A stretch of DNA of 62,087 nt, counting the filler, from Choristocarpus tenellus KU-1152 (lineage: Eukaryota; Protista; Phaeophyceae), in NCBI GenBank assembly GCA_964200185.2. It is 12 parts of 12 records of this genome, joined end to end, with 100 filler letters (N's around TTAATTAATTAA, not from the genome) between each part and the next. Parts side by side here need not be neighbours in the genome. Positions count along the whole stretch, not along the records: positions 6,546 to 14,201 come from CAXNAD020005805.1; positions 14,302 to 19,302 come from CAXNAD020012213.1; positions 19,403 to 24,974 come from CAXNAD020010382.1; positions 25,075 to 30,999 come from CAXNAD020009395.1; 8 more parts are not named here. One strand, 5' to 3'. Under the pieces are notes generated by a model. The model was not told where the DNA came from, did no database searches, and was given only the letters and a program-made list of their open reading frames with translations. Shown piece after piece: positions 11,697-25,299 of the stretch (position 1 is the stretch's first letter; each line of letters opens with the position of its first letter). Position numbers and translations under genes: made by a program.

Positions 11697-13847
11697 AGTT
11701 GGTGGCAGTGGCACCAGATGCTCGGGTGGTCGTTAGGGTTAGATTAGGATTAGTATCCCTGGAATCTGTAACCGTGAGGTGGGTTGCTGGTTTGAGCGTG
11801 CGAAGGTGTGTTCCTCTCGTCATTGATCGAACAAAAATTATGGTCAGGAAAATGATGTACAAATGTATATTAAATTATTAGTTTTGTGAACCAGGGGGAC
11901 ACTTGAAGGTCCTTTCTTACTTCCACCTCTTGTCCAGGTGCTTTGGATAGGATGCGCATGGTACCTTTATAGTCCAGATTAGTCTTGAGGACCCCCACTG
12001 GAGCTTTAACACCTGCTTCATTTGTATGGTGTATTTTTTTTCCTACTGCAGTAGTTGAGTGGTGTTGTTTAGGCCCCAATGTGCATCTTGGTGTACCGTT
12101 TATGACGAATTCACATTCTACAGTGCCTTATGTCTCATGGGCTTACGAATTTTGAAGATTCGGTGTGACATTTCATCCGCAGACCACTGGGTTCTGCCAA
12201 AAGTCTGGTAGATGCTATACAGATATCCTTGACAGAGGTAAGTGTTAAATGAAGCCGATTTGGGGATATCCAAGAAAAATTAAATCAGGACGTGGGTGTG
12301 GCACCTGTGCCAACCCTCTAATGTCACTCAGGGTGATCGTTCAACATGCCTGATCACCCATACCCTAGCATTGCTGGTAGATGTCATGTTGTGGGAGCTG
12401 CTTGATATGAGTCTGTTGAACTCATGCCCCAGTGCAGGAAGGAACAGGGTCAGTGAACTGTGAAGCCCTGCCAGATTTTTACTCAACCTTTCGTGTTATC
12501 CATTGCAGTCTCTTCGTTACCCTCTGTGCTTATGCTCCAGCAGACATTCAAGGTAAAAACTTATTTGTTGGCTGTTGCAGTGTCAGGGCAATGTATGAGG
12601 ATGTGTCGTAAAGTGATTTTGAAGGACCATGATCTGATGTGATGCTTGGTTTTCAACCTCACATTACAAGGTAGTTTTGAATCAGGGTTCTAATGTTTCG
12701 ATTTGATTTCATTTGTTTACAAAACAAGGCTGAGAGGGGAAACGTGTGCTTTTAGTATTGAAGAAAAATGGTTTGATGGTGGTGTTATGGTGGTTGTGGA
12801 GTATCAGATTAATTTTTCCCTCGAATTTCCTGCCTCTTCCCATTTTTCGTATGAAATTAGGTAATATTGTGCTTACCTCAGTTTAGCCAATCACCTCAAC
12901 ATCTCTCCTGGTGGGGGACAAAAGCAACTCTCCCTTAGCACACCAATAAGCACCAGGATACAAGTTAGTGTGTAACCATGGCAAAAGGTGCCTTGTCAAG
13001 AATTGAGTGTTGTGTTCTTGATACTCCTGTTGTAACTTCCCTGGAATTTCTAGGTGTTAGGAAAGTCACTAGGGATACTGTTTTCAATTATGCTATCCAA
13101 TTTTTTTTTGTACTCAAGATAGAACTGCTTGACCCTAGTACCAATCACTTGCAAGTAAAACAATTTCATTATGTTTTGCCATGAGAACAGTGACCCATTG
13201 CTTTTACTTTTTTGTTGCTTGGCAGACAACTTTGAATATGGCCTTCCATGTAACGTATGTACTGATGTGTTTGGTTGTTAAGAATGGTGTCCTTGCATAG
13301 AGGGAAAGAATATGGGGTTATTCTTGTTTCTCCCTGACCCAAAGTAAATTTGAAGTTGAAGTGTGGTGTGATGATACTCCAGTGTTTGTAGAGTGTAACA
13401 CCAAGAAGGGGACTGACTTAGTGGGTACTGGCATGAACAGTTATCAGCACACAAGATTCTAGCATGTAACAGTTGACTAATGGAGAGGTTACTATACTAT
13501 TTGGAGCTCACCTCGAGTAATGGAAAATACAGATAAAAGATAAAGACCGAACCATTGGCAAAGATAGCCATATCAAGGCTGCAGCATAAAGGCAGCCCAA
13601 CAAAAAAAATGTAAAACAATGAAAAAAAAGCAAATGCGGAACACTAAATATAAACTGCAATCTCTTACATACATCAAAGCTAGACATGACAAATCCACAA
13701 AAACAGTATATATAACATAGGGTACCAGACTTCTATGCATCACATCTGTCAAACAAAACTTGTGAAGGTTTGCCTACAAGTAACAGATACTTATTGGGCC
13801 TCCACACTGCCATTTGGTGAACTCCCTGTCGCATCATTGATATTGCC

Positions 13848-14042
13848 CTACAAAAAAAGCTTTCCATGACCTTGGTGAAGTGCTCCCCACGCTGTAGATG
13901 GTGTATCCTCCGAAGCCCACAGCTCAAGTTCTTCTACAGTTCCCCGTAATCGCCTACTTCGTCCTGATTGACTAACTGAATTAATCAATGTGACTACGCA
14001 TGCTAACATTCCTATAGAGAAAGCTATTCCCAAGAACCACAA
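13848..14042 (-). CDS. Probable terminal exon of an unknown membrane protein
   Basis: A pyrimidine-rich CAG acceptor directly precedes LWFLGIAFSIGMLACVVTLINS... (one transmembrane-like segment), which is open to a stop. Upstream exons are lost at the contig end. Confidence 0.4.
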   Translation of the reverse strand: MWFLGIAFSIGMLACVVTLINSVSQSGRSRRLRGTVEELELWASEDTPSTAWGALHQGHGKLFL

Positions 14043-16379
14043 CTGAGGGACAAGAGGAGAAATGTAGGAAGTAGCATGGCGGGGAGTGGGAATGAGGAAC
14101 AGTGTGTAATTTTATGGGTGTTACTGATGATTGTGGGTCAAAGTATCTGGGGGGGGGGGGGGGGGGGGTTGGGGGGGGGGGGGGGGGAGGGGGGGGGGGG
14201 GNNNNNNNNNNNNNNNNNNNNNNNNNNNNNNNNNNNNNNNNNNNNTTAATTAATTAANNNNNNNNNNNNNNNNNNNNNNNNNNNNNNNNNNNNNNNNNNN
14301 NGGGGCGGGGGGAGGGGGGGGGGAGGGGGGGGGGGGGGGGGGGGGAAAGGGACGTTGACTGAGTATACATGTACTTACAGGACTGGTGTGTTTGAGGTGA
14401 AGTTCAAAGATGAGTGGGGTGGGGTTTGGAAAAGAATGTTGAGAATGACTAGGGTAGCGAGGCTGGGGTATGCAACAAGTTTTTTTTTCAAGGGTGTACA
14501 CCTTTTTGGACTGATGTGGCAAGAAGTGTTACATACTGCTGGTAGGCGTTTATGCTGCTAGTGTGTTTCCCTACGACCTGAGTCATCCGTTTGACTCTCA
14601 TAGAAAGAAATGACTGTAATTCTCAGGACGACAGAAACATCATGCCAGTGAAGGTTCGGAACTCTCTCATACCCCCACATCCTTCCTACACTCCACTTTA
14701 TCCAATGCTTGGATATTCCTTCTGTCATCATGCTCTTACTATGTATGTATGTGTCAGACCATAACCGGACATAGAGTTGAGAAGGTAATGGGTGGGAGGT
14801 TTCCTGTGATGTGTAGAGTGATCGGGTTCCCACTGCCTCCAAAACACACGTTCTGTTTTCGCTATATTGTGTTCCCACATGTTGACAACATTATACGATG
14901 TAATTATCATCCATGATATTGGGCAACCGAGATCTTGACCGCGCCGTGCTTGCTACCGTATTAACATTTTGTCTGACCTGCACTAGTTAATCGTTGTTTA
15001 AAACTTTTTTTTTTTAATTGCAAACCACGGGACCTAGCTGCTGTTTTTTTTTTTCTTCCGTATATTTTTGATTCAAATGCACATGCAGTAATAGTTGTAC
15101 TCCACTCTACTACAGGCATTAACGGTACTTCGGAGTGTAATATAATATGGCGCAGATCAAAAGCATGAGACTCACTCCACGCCCTGATTCGTTCGTCATA
15201 TTGTCGGTCAACTCCGAACAAAGTATTGTCTGCCCAACAGCCTCTATGTGAAGAACCTCTATTCGATGAACCTTTGTGTGAAGATTAGAAGGTGAAAAGT
15301 CTCCTCATCTGACAAGTTGTTGCCTTCTCAGACCCAACCATTTAAGTGTTCTTGTGTGGGTGGACAACCAAACTACTCCTCTGCGTGGGTTCGTAAACAC
15401 ACTTACATCTGACTGAGCAGGCGACAAACACAAGGAACAGCATTTCGGTTTCTCTCTAGCAAAACCTTGACGGCGCTTCAAAAGACTCTGCCCTCAGCTG
15501 AGATTGACTCCTGCACACTAGTGCTTCGAGATTTTTCTGGAAAGGCTGTATCACCCCTTGCAATTTTCATGGCGATATGGATGAGGGGAAGAAATTGTGG
15601 GACCCTCTATCTACAGAGGTGTGATCATTCACATGTACCTGGAAGGTCTGTTAAACATTGAGATGTCACTGTTCCACCAGGGCAGAAAGATGAGAGTGTG
15701 ACTAACTGTCCCAGTGGAATAGTGTTATCTTAATGTTTGATGAGGTCTTGGCAATTGACACTTTGTGCGAACAACTCACCTATCACTTCAAGCAGAGAAT
15801 GATGTATGGTTGCTTTTTAGTCAGCAATGTAATACAACAGTGTAAGAAAAGGTAATCCTCTTGTACCATACACTGTCAGTGATAAGTACCTTATTTTGGT
15901 ACCAGACAGTGACCCCGGACCTTCCAGTAAATGGAAATCAGGAATTTTCCCGGCAAGGTAGTCAACAATCATGTTGGCTAGAATTTTAGGGACGTTTTTC
16001 AGACCCTGGCTTCAGTTCAGCCCTGTCTTGAGTCAGGGACAACATGTGACATACCACCACCTGTACTGTTTTTGAAAAGGTTGTGGAATGAGGAGAACGT
16101 TTTAAGTTGTAGGTGAAGTTGCAACCCAAGGAAACTTCACTATCTTGAATGTGATGCATTACGCATGCTATTCGTTCCTGCTGGGTTTTGCACCATGCCC
16201 CCCCCCCCTCCTAAATCTTGTCACTCACCGAGGTCCTTGCCCATCTATCGTGTTGAAGAAATGGTAGACGGGGTGCCAGGTGTGAGCAAGCCTGACACTC
16301 ACCCAGCATCACACTCTGTTCCAACATTACACTCTGTTGCTCTCTCAAGCTCTCTTTGAGTAAAGAGTTAGCTACGTAG

Positions 16380-17634
16380 TACAGTGAGGAGGGCTGGAGT
16401 GACTCAGGTCATTTCCAAAATTTATTACTGTATGTGGAAGGCATGCGCAGGCGGGAAGAATCTCAAGTTTTTCTGTTTCAGGTACTACTCTACCGTATCT
16501 ATATATTTTTTGTGTTATCTATCACTGAGAATAGTCCCCTCTTGTCGATGAGTCAGGGAGATGTGCATGTGGAATGGTCTCCTACTGCAGAAGGGTCCAC
16601 CACTGCCTCCACCCAGCCAACATCGATCATGGTGTGAAGAAGCTGAAGAATTGTTGATTGTCTCGTCTCCCCCCTCCCCCCCTCCCTCCCTCCCTCCCTC
16701 CCTGTTCTTTTCATCATTTTTGGTTGTTCCATTGTTACATGAGTGAAGGTGCCTGTCCTCCGCAATCGTAGGAGGGCATTTGTGTTTGGTGAGAGCCCTC
16801 TGGACTCATTTGGCCCCTCACTCAACCCGGTGAGTAGGGGAGTGGGAAATTTAGTCAAGGTGGGGAAGGGGTGGGGAAGGGGGGGCGATGATTTGCAGTT
16901 GGCGGAAAAACACATGGGTGCATGAGTTGAATTGACCATGGGGTGAAGAAAGATTTGGGCTGGGATAGGTGAAGTGGATGATGTAGGAATAGACAGGTTT
17001 GGGAAGGTGGATGGATGGGATGGAGATGTATAGAGAGGGATGGGATGGGTGAGGAATCTTTGGCCCGGAGTTGGTTAGTGATCGTTGATTATGAGGGCTT
17101 TGGGGTTATGGGGTTGTCATATGAGTTGTGTTTTAGTCTCTGTTCTTTTGAATCCTTTCAGCTTTGCACCATCTGGTTGGTGAGTCATTCCTTGACCTAC
17201 AGAATTCAGCATACATACTCTAGGTTCTAGAACGCTCCAGGAGCATTTATTCATGCCCCAATAACCTCATCACATTATCGTAGGGTGGTATTATGACTCA
17301 ATTCAAGGGTAGGTAGGTAAATAGGTACTAATGTACTCCAAAGTACCACAACAAAAGTGTGAACCCCCCTGTCCCCTCCAATTTTCTCTCTCTGGTGAAC
17401 CAACACTGTCAGGGATTGGATCAATCCATGATATACGGGGATGTCGACCCTATGTCTCCAGCATTTGAGGTACCTTCCAAGGCATTACTGGAGCGAGACC
17501 TGGACCAGAACAAGAACCGCCGACCCTCCTGGTGGGGAGAACAAATTTCCCGTGCTGGGGGTTATTATGAGTGGCGGCCACCAGGGGGCGGAGTGGGAAC
17601 CGGAGGGAGGCAGGGAATCCATTTTACTGTCTAA
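16380..17634 (+). CDS. 3' part of an unknown spliced gene (candidate exons 16380-16481, 16557-16631, 16749-16829, 17413-17634)
   Basis: Four AG/GT-bounded segments join in phase 0 without stops: YSEEGW...VFLFQ|GDVHVEW...TSIM|VPVLRNRRRAFVFGESPLDSFGPSLNP|GLDQSMIYGDVDPM...IHFTV*. No family recognised. Confidence 0.5.
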
Positions 17635-19185
17635 CAGTACTGTCTAAGAACAACAAAAAAATGTGTTGGATGAACGAACCAAGCCTTCGGATACATGCTG
17701 GGAAAGTTTGCTTCTCAGACGTAGTGATTGGGATGATTTTTCTTTAATAGTGTAGTGTAAATTTCAGACTTGAGGTGATTTTTGCATCTTCCCCCTGCTG
17801 TTACAAGTTTGTGAGTCTCACTCTTTCGTTCTGTTGCAGAGAGTGGTTATCCAGCACTCTCAACTGTGTGTTTGGCCACAAGGTGGTCTTGTTGACTGCT
17901 TCATAAAATACACCACAAATATCATTGCATTGTAGCTCAATCAGTAATTATAGAGTAGTGAAAGAAACTGTATGCCTTGATTGATTTGTGTCAAATCACT
18001 AGCAGTACATAACAATAAAAACATAGCATCATTTGCATTACAAGACGGGGCACAGGCACCAATGCCTTCCCCTTGCATAGAAGCACGAAGGATTCACACC
18101 CAGGCAGCACAAGTATACTTCTACACAGCATACACTCACACAGACACACAACCTCAGGGGTGGGGTGTATTGGTGCAGTCTTGGGGTTTTTTCTCATTTG
18201 ATCACTTTCAAAATTGTTTAGATCGATGGAAGATATCTATACCATCCACAACAACACCATTTTCTTAGTAATGGAGAACTCTTCACAAGATGCATGAGTC
18301 TCCAATGGTGAAGCTTGCGAAATATAGAACAGGGAAGCATTCCACACTCCTACTCTGACGTACTACATCGTAACCATTTTGCATGTAGTTCCGCCTAACT
18401 GTCAAAGTAGGTCTACATCACTAAATCTATTTCGAACAAGAGAATAGGATGAACTACACAAAGCTGACCAATATTATCCCTAGTGTAGTGTTGAAACTAT
18501 TCAGGGTATGAGAGCTGTAAAACTCTCAGGTTTCCTACACAAATGAAAATGTTCAGTACTAATCTACATGCAACACATTACACCACTTCTTTAACTTCAT
18601 ACAAAACAGTCATCTGCATCCTCTCAATATTATGGTCCTGAAAAAGCAACAAGGGCCCTATAGGTTGAATTACATTACGTGTCACCCAAGTTTTTTTTTT
18701 TCAGCATCTTAGCCATCCTCTGCTTAGGACTCTCACTAAATGCGAGTATGTAACCACTCCCATTCATCCATATGTTGTGTTCACAGATTCCCACTCAAAA
18801 AATGTAGTGGCATGGTCAGAAGCATCCAATGTAAGGTTGCAAAAAGATCGAAGCTTGTTATCCCACTGGTTTATGAAATGTTCATCAATTAAGTATGATG
18901 CCTTCTGTTGAATGGATTCAACAACACTACAGCCTCTATTCTCCCCTTCCTATCGCACAACCTTTAAAGCAAGTTTCACGCATCACACACACATCAGTTT
19001 TCAACAACTCCTCCCTACCACACATCACCACAGTAAAAAAGGTGGAGAACACGGACAAAGTCAACAGTTCGCACTTCATACTTGCTGTACAAATGAGGCA
19101 TCACGCCAAAAACTATAGTGGCACGCGGAGTTCCTCACCGAACATAAAGATCAAAACGTTGTCACAATTCAAAGCTAAATGAAGC

Positions 19186-19302
19186 TTAGTTGAAAGAGTA
19201 GGAGGCGCCCACAAGGTCATTGATGATGTAGGGCTGGTTGGAGAGCTCCTCATGCACCATCATAGCCAGAATACCCATCTGGGCGGCACGCCCGTTGTTC
19301 AG
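19186..19302 (-). CDS. LHCF: Fucoxanthin-chlorophyll a/c binding protein (LHCF), C-terminal fragment
   Basis: Translates LNNGRAAQMGILAMMVHEELSNQPYIINDLVGASYSFN*, i.e. the LHC helix-3 motif (E)LNNGRAAQMG plus the brown-algal FCP-type tail. Truncated by a spacer. Confidence 0.93.
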   Translation of the reverse strand: MNNGRAAQMGILAMMVHEELSNQPYIINDLVGASYSFN

Positions 19303-19402
19303 NNNNNNNNNNNNNNNNNNNNNNNNNNNNNNNNNNNNNNNNNNNNTTAATTAATTAANNNNNNNNNNNNNNNNNNNNNNNNNNNNNNNNNNNNNNNNNN
19401 NN

Positions 19403-22400
19403 TAGAGTACGGCCGTCATGACCCCTTCCTTGTCCCCCTGCCCCCCCCCCGGGCCTCCAACCTCGCCGTTCCCAGCAGTGGGATAGACGTGGTCAAACGA
19501 GAGCACCTGCGAATCGGCTTGTAGCGTACTTACTTCTCTTAAGGGTATGCAGCCCTCGCATCGCTTGGTACCATCCACTGACCCAAAGACACCAGTCTCA
19601 TCTACGCCCCCCTCATCCTCCTGCGCGGTGGCATAGTCTCCAGCAAGGAGAGTCTCGAGGGCTGATGGGGAGCACGCCGCCACATTGGCAGGGTAGACTA
19701 CAGCCCAAGCTGCCGCCGATCCTTGCGACCAAGCAGAACCGCTGTCACTACCGCAGGCCGAGGCGTTGCCCAAGGTCCGGTGTGCTTCCACTGCAGGTGC
19801 ATAGGCCCTGCATGCCAAGGTTAGGCAGGGGACGGGTCAGGAGGGTAGTGGGGTGAATGGAACAGTAGGAGAAGGTGAGGGGAAATTCAAGGTGGAGTAA
19901 GGAGGAGGACTGAAAAGGTCCTGTTTTAGGTGGAGTTGGAATCACCGCTTGAGAAGTAGAGGGCAGCAGTGGGGAAAAAGCAAATCGAGGAACTGATAGG
20001 CATTCGCTGCCTTGGGGGGAGGGGGGAGAGGTGCAGAGTCTGGCACGAAGGGTCAATGCATCACTTTCTATGCCCCACTTAGCCAGGCAAACAAAAACAC
20101 GCAAGAGTCGCGGGGCAGGTTCAGGAAGGGGCGCGGAGGAGGATGGAAATCGTCATGAGATCAGACTTTCAACACAGGTGCCAAAATAGTAGGCTTCCCT
20201 CGTCAATGCTCGGAAGTGCAAGCATCGTTGGAAGGGGTATATGGATGGTGCCACCGAGGCGATTTGAAGCATATTGCCAACAACCAGGGTTAGAGTTAGG
20301 GTCAGGGTCAGGTAGTTACAGCGTTGCAGTCGACCGCCCCCTCCAGATCGAGAGAGTTAAAAGTATCTTAGAGGGAGGGGTAGGGCCGCATCCGTTTTGG
20401 GGGCCAAAAATCCAACGTTGCGATTTTGATCCATTTCGGCTATCGTCTTTGTTAGCGAGCATCAATATCCTCACTCCGGACAAACAAACCTTTCATAGTC
20501 GTACACTTTTTTTTTGGGGGGGGGGTTAGTGTTAGGGTTAGTATTAGGGTTAGAGTTCACAAAAAAAAAAAGGGAAAGAAAAAAAAAAGTGTGGGAAGCC
20601 AAAGCCCCGAAAGAATGGACATCAAAACAGGGCAAACCTCCTTCCTACACCTATCCTTTTAAAATGCTTTGGGTCAGAGAAAGCCTATCCCCCATAACAA
20701 TCAGAGGCCTGTCGGCCGCGTGAACATACACACATATATATACATATATATGTATATGTAACACTATCATATTGAGATAGCTTTCCAAGACTCCAGCACT
20801 AAAGCCTAGAAAGGACACCACGTTAGGAGGCTGCTTTTGTGTCTGCGTTGCCTCAAGTGGTCATAACCAGCCGTGCCATCGGCTGACTCACGTCGACGCA
20901 CATGATTCCAGAACCAATACATGGTCCTCGACATATCCAAGCAGACCTTCACCTTCTGCTTTCACTGGACCACTATGACAGAATTTGATGTAGCATACAG
21001 GCTTGAAGTATTCGGGCAGTGGGTGGCGGCTGTCCATTCAGGGCCCATTTTTCCATGTTGCAATTTTTTGGGTGATTTGGTTGCATGCATAGGATGGATA
21101 ACGTAAGTGCACTTCTCCTGGTCAGGGCCCAAACAGACACCCTGGTGTAGAACCCCCCCCCCCCCCCACCCCCCCCCCCCCCCCCCCGCCCACCAGCCAA
21201 TCCCCCNNNNNNNNNNTCTCCGGGCACACACACAAACCTCCACGTTTACACCCCCCCCCCCCCCCCCCCCCATTTAATTTGAGACACGATTTGCAGCCCC
21301 AAGGAAGGAGCAATTTTTTTTTCCATATTTTATGGATTTATTGTGCAGACACTAAATGTTTGCCCACCAAAATCTCAAGCAAAATGGAGCAGCCTACAAC
21401 AATCTATCATTCCACCCCTGAAACCCTCCAAAACTATATTCCAGCACATTATTCCGCTACATCCACCAGGGCATTCGGGGGGAGCTTGCCCCCCTTCTCA
21501 GTCTTTTCCTTGCTAAGATAGGGAATCTTTGAAGATGTTGTCACCCTTGGACCCCATCACTTCACCATAGACTGCCAAGAGGCTCTGCCAAACATGCTCC
21601 AGCGTCTCCCAGGCAAACACATCAAACGCCTCCATTGTGGCCTCCACCAGCTCCTCTGTGTTGGTCACCCCCACGTCTTCCTTCAGTTGCTGGATGGAAT
21701 GAAAATAATCCCAGGTCATTGACGTTGAGGTCAGGTGAGTTGGCTGACCGGGTCTCCTGGCCATGTCATCATCCCCCATTGCCTCCTTGACTGCCTCCAT
21801 TATCCCCCCCTTGGTGTGTGCCTTTGCCCCATCCTTCTGCACAAATATGGTGAGTCCTTCCGGCCTAGGCATGGAGGCCCTGATTGCCGTGATGACATGC
21901 TTGATCATGAGCTTATTTTTACCTCTCCCCACCCACTGCAGCTGGCAGAAGCACCTTGGTGCCCTTGGAGTGGTGTTCGCTGGAGCACTGAGCGAACTTA
22001 ATGTCCACGACTTAGTCAGATCCCGATTTCCCATCCAACCATACCCCATTGATGAGGTTCCTAGGGAAGGCCACAACTGCAAGGAATATCACCTTCGTAA
22101 CGTAACAATTATTCTGTACCTGTCGTGGGGGTCTGGGGGGGTCCTCAGAAGGGTGCAAGTATAAACCTTACCCATCTTCGAGGATGCAAAACCACTTCTG
22201 GTCCACATGCACCCAGTCATATAGTTTGTCCACTAATACCCCACTCCCTCCTCTCCTGTACGTGTGGCTGATGACGAAACCCACCCTGTTGACTTTTCTG
22301 CTGGTCTGAGAGGACTGTCTTAATGTAATCCATCGCTTGACCGCCTTCACCTTCTCCAGCTTGCACAGATCCCATGATGAGGCAAGGGAGACCCCAGCTT

Positions 22401-24480
22401 TGCCCCCCCATTTGCAGAAAGATGAGCAGTGTACTGATGGGATACCCCAAATGTCACAGATACTTGTAGCCTGGTCACATCACCCATCACAACGTCGTAT
22501 AAGGTCAATGCATTCACCCCATGCGATCTGACTGTCGTGCTCCTTCAGACGACAGAACACGGTGATCTGGGAAATTCTAGAGTCCTCCACAATGGCCGCC
22601 ACCATCCCCCAAGCCATCCGAGTCCCGCACCCTCTTGCCTCTAGGCATTACACCACCGTGCTGTTCTTCGCTGGGGTGCTTGAGTCTCGACCCTGAACAG
22701 ACTTCTGGGTCAAAGAATTGGGACTGACGGGTGACAATGGGATGAGCGAGCCACTCGAACAACAGGGAGCACTCATCCTCGGCATCCCAACAACACCCAC
22801 TTTTGACAGTTTCACGAGGTTTTCGAGCCCCGTTTCACGAGGTTTTCGAGCCCCGTCAAATGCAACTTGGTTGACTTCGCACCGGTCATCCTCCACAGTC
22901 ATGACAGCCCCCCATCTCAAAGTTTGCACACATCTCAATCTATATGAAAACTAAGCCTAATCCAGAGGGTTCATCACGTGGGTAGTTCCTGGGTGAGAAC
23001 GGAGCTTGCAAAAGCTATGTTACATTTAATTGCGAACGGGGGAAGTATGATCATCACTAATCGGTTGTCCCTGGCCCTATTTTTTTTCTACCATATCCTA
23101 AAGTCCTGAATGGTCATGACATCGAACCTTAACAACATCGCCCCCCTCCCTTGTGCGATGCACTTGTAGACATACTTGATACCATTGTCCAACAAATGCC
23201 AGAGCTCGATGAGGTGCAAAGACCCAACAACTCCATCAGCAGAACCGACAAGCACATGTTATCTGGAGAAATGGAGCTTGTATGGGTGAAACTACTCTTT
23301 CAGTGCAATGAATTGGGCAGGAAAGGTAAGGGATTAGAAGACAACCAACACAAAAAAATGGCAACCTCATCGAACACAGAAGTTACAGAGGCTTCATCCA
23401 CGTAGGATGGTGTAGGTTTCTAACGCCAATGATTCTTTGGCATTGCTCAGTGGTGATACACTGAGGACTATAATGTACGGAGTACTTGAAGGCAGTGGTG
23501 GTGGAGCCGAATTATGGTATGTTAAATCTTCTTAGACACAGTCAACAATGTCATCTTAGAGTTCTATTGGTAAAAGTGTGAACAGTAAACACTTTCAGGA
23601 ACAGCATATTTTCTCACACACAGGGCATATCAAGTCCAACCGTGCGTCCCTACACTTTCGAGAATACATATAGCTGTCAGACCAAAGCACCAAGCGAAGG
23701 GCGGGCACACTGCAATCAACATCCATGGCTTTCCAAGTTGTTGACATTAGCCATGCTGGTCAAGTATACGCCCCCCTACAACTCTGTACCAAAAGCCTGT
23801 CAATTGCACGAAGATGTGCCGCCAAGTGCCAAGCACTTGTACAAGATACGACGTGATGTTGAAGATTTCGACTCGGTTCATAACAGTGGCAGGCCAGTTT
23901 TGAGTTTTTCGTCCAGAAGGAGCTGAGTGGAGTTGCATCTTTACAAGTCAGTCTTGGACAGGCTTACTTTGACCAAGACAATGCAGCTCGCATATTATGG
24001 AGCCGCATTAGAACCAACAACAGCATCTCACCTGGCTGACAGAGCTACTTCTAGTAGCCTCAGAGTGAGGTTATCTAGCCCAAGTCCCGAGCCCTTGGCT
24101 AGATATCCCCTACCAGCTGCTTGGACCGCAACAGCAGATACCTCTTCAAACACGAACACGGGTAGATCCTCGGCGTTATCAGCTGAAGACAAGGCAGACA
24201 TTGCACAGGAATGCATCCACTCTGGGATTCCCGTAAGTGCCTCGGCATATTCCCATAGAAGCTCTTCCCTCTCGTCGCCCTCGGCCAGAAATTCGGCAGC
24301 TTCGGCAAGCGGGGAGAGGCAGGAGGTTGGCCATGGCGCGGTCAGACTAACGTGTTGAGTGCGACCTCCCACGAAGTTAGCTGGGGGAAGTAAGTCATTC
24401 CTGATATCTTCTGCCAAGGTCACAATTGGCCAGGCGAGCAGGACCCCCACAACCAAGGATAAACACGGCATCCTCCACAT
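19403..24480 (-). CDS. UGGT: UDP-glucose:glycoprotein glucosyltransferase, 5' partial (exon 1 24480-24032, exon 2 19807 to contig edge 19403; ~4.2-kb intron)
   Basis: Signal peptide, then VSLTAPWPTSCLSPLAEAAEFLAE...LWEY and LLEVALSAR|AYAPAVEAHR...LSFDHVYP...TAVL, which are UGGT N-terminal motifs. The phase-2 GT-AG junction (AG|GTGAGA ... CAG|G) restores the Arg codon. The start could instead be the ATG at 24501. Confidence 0.85.
20350..20645 (-). mobile_element. Degenerate MITE subtype A with an internal TTAGGG-like insertion
   Basis: TIR AAAGTATCTTAGAGGG, then reverse-complement A-type internal sequence, ending ...AAACAGGGCAAACCTC. Confidence 0.65.
21003..21175 (+). mobile_element. MITE subtype B, degenerate
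   Basis: GGCGGCTGTCCATT...GGGTGATTTGGTTGCAT...GGATGGATAA...GACACCCTGGTGTAGA(C)n, as in the other B copies. Confidence 0.7.
21249..23045 (-). mobile_element. Decayed Tc1/mariner transposon of the plant-like (DD37-39D, Stowaway-mobilising) type, inside UGGT intron 1; transposase pseudogene ~21513-22650
   Basis: Frameshifted motifs LYDWVHVDQKWF, IFVQKDGAKAH and ANSPDLNVNDLG..FHSIQ. The right end reads TA|CTTCCCCCGTTCGCAATTAAATG on the minus strand (Stowaway-like TIR plus TA). The left end near 21249-21300 matches only weakly and lies in low-quality poly-C sequence. Confidence 0.8.
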
Positions 24481-25299
24481 TGCTCCACATCCTTGATCCA
24501 TGTTCTGTTTGATCTCCCAACCGCGCGCACCAGACTGGAACGTGATCAACACTAGGCGCGCGCACCCACATAACCACTTAGGAATGGGGAAAGAGAATCT
24601 ACCCACAACGAAGTCACACTAGATAAACCTAGACAAACCGTAATTGAGAGGACGGGTTTACGTTGAACAAGGACAAACAATTAGAGGTGAATCGCAATTC
24701 AGACCGAGGAGAAATCCCTCGGCGATTGGTACATCTGAAGAGAATCCACCTTCGGAATTGACCTTTTGAAGAGACAGTGAGAACCTCTCCCTCTCAATAT
24801 CCTCCACTATACTGTGGAACAAAGGTTCACGAGAAAGGACCCCGATAGTTAAAGAAGGTAGATGGTATGCCAATGACCGGTGTAATGATGGACAGTCCTC
24901 CTCTCCGCATCACAACCCCCTTAAAAAAAAAGAAAAATTGGAAACAGGTGTGACTGTTGGCATCCTATGGGAACNNNNNNNNNNNNNNNNNNNNNNNNNN
25001 NNNNNNNNNNNNNNNNNNTTAATTAATTAANNNNNNNNNNNNNNNNNNNNNNNNNNNNNNNNNNNNNNNNNNNNAAAAAAGTGAAAATCGAAAAAAGGGT
25101 GAAAAACGGACGCCGACACTCCCCCCCCCAGATACTTTGACTCTAGGTAAAGTGGACTTGTTTGTTTACATCAACAGTGGGACAAATAATTGTGCTGATG
25201 ATACCAAATAAGTCAGTAAATGGGTCCAAAAAGCCTGTAGTTGTTTTCCTTAAGTGTTGCCAAGTGACTTATTACATAACTCAGATATTTGAATGCTCA

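Noticed and set aside
17927-17965. TGTAGCTCAATCAG..AGAG resembling a tRNA 5' end
   Set aside because: No B box or cloverleaf downstream.
23642-23938. Candidate second exon of UGGT close to exon 1
   Set aside because: The in-phase reading hits a stop and lacks UGGT motifs. The true continuation is at 19807.
23927-24358. 143-aa + strand ORF, and similar shadows at 37366-37821, 33546-33977, 34492-34920, 45716-46091 and 21763-22164
   Set aside because: These are antisense shadows of real or decayed coding exons on the opposite strand.
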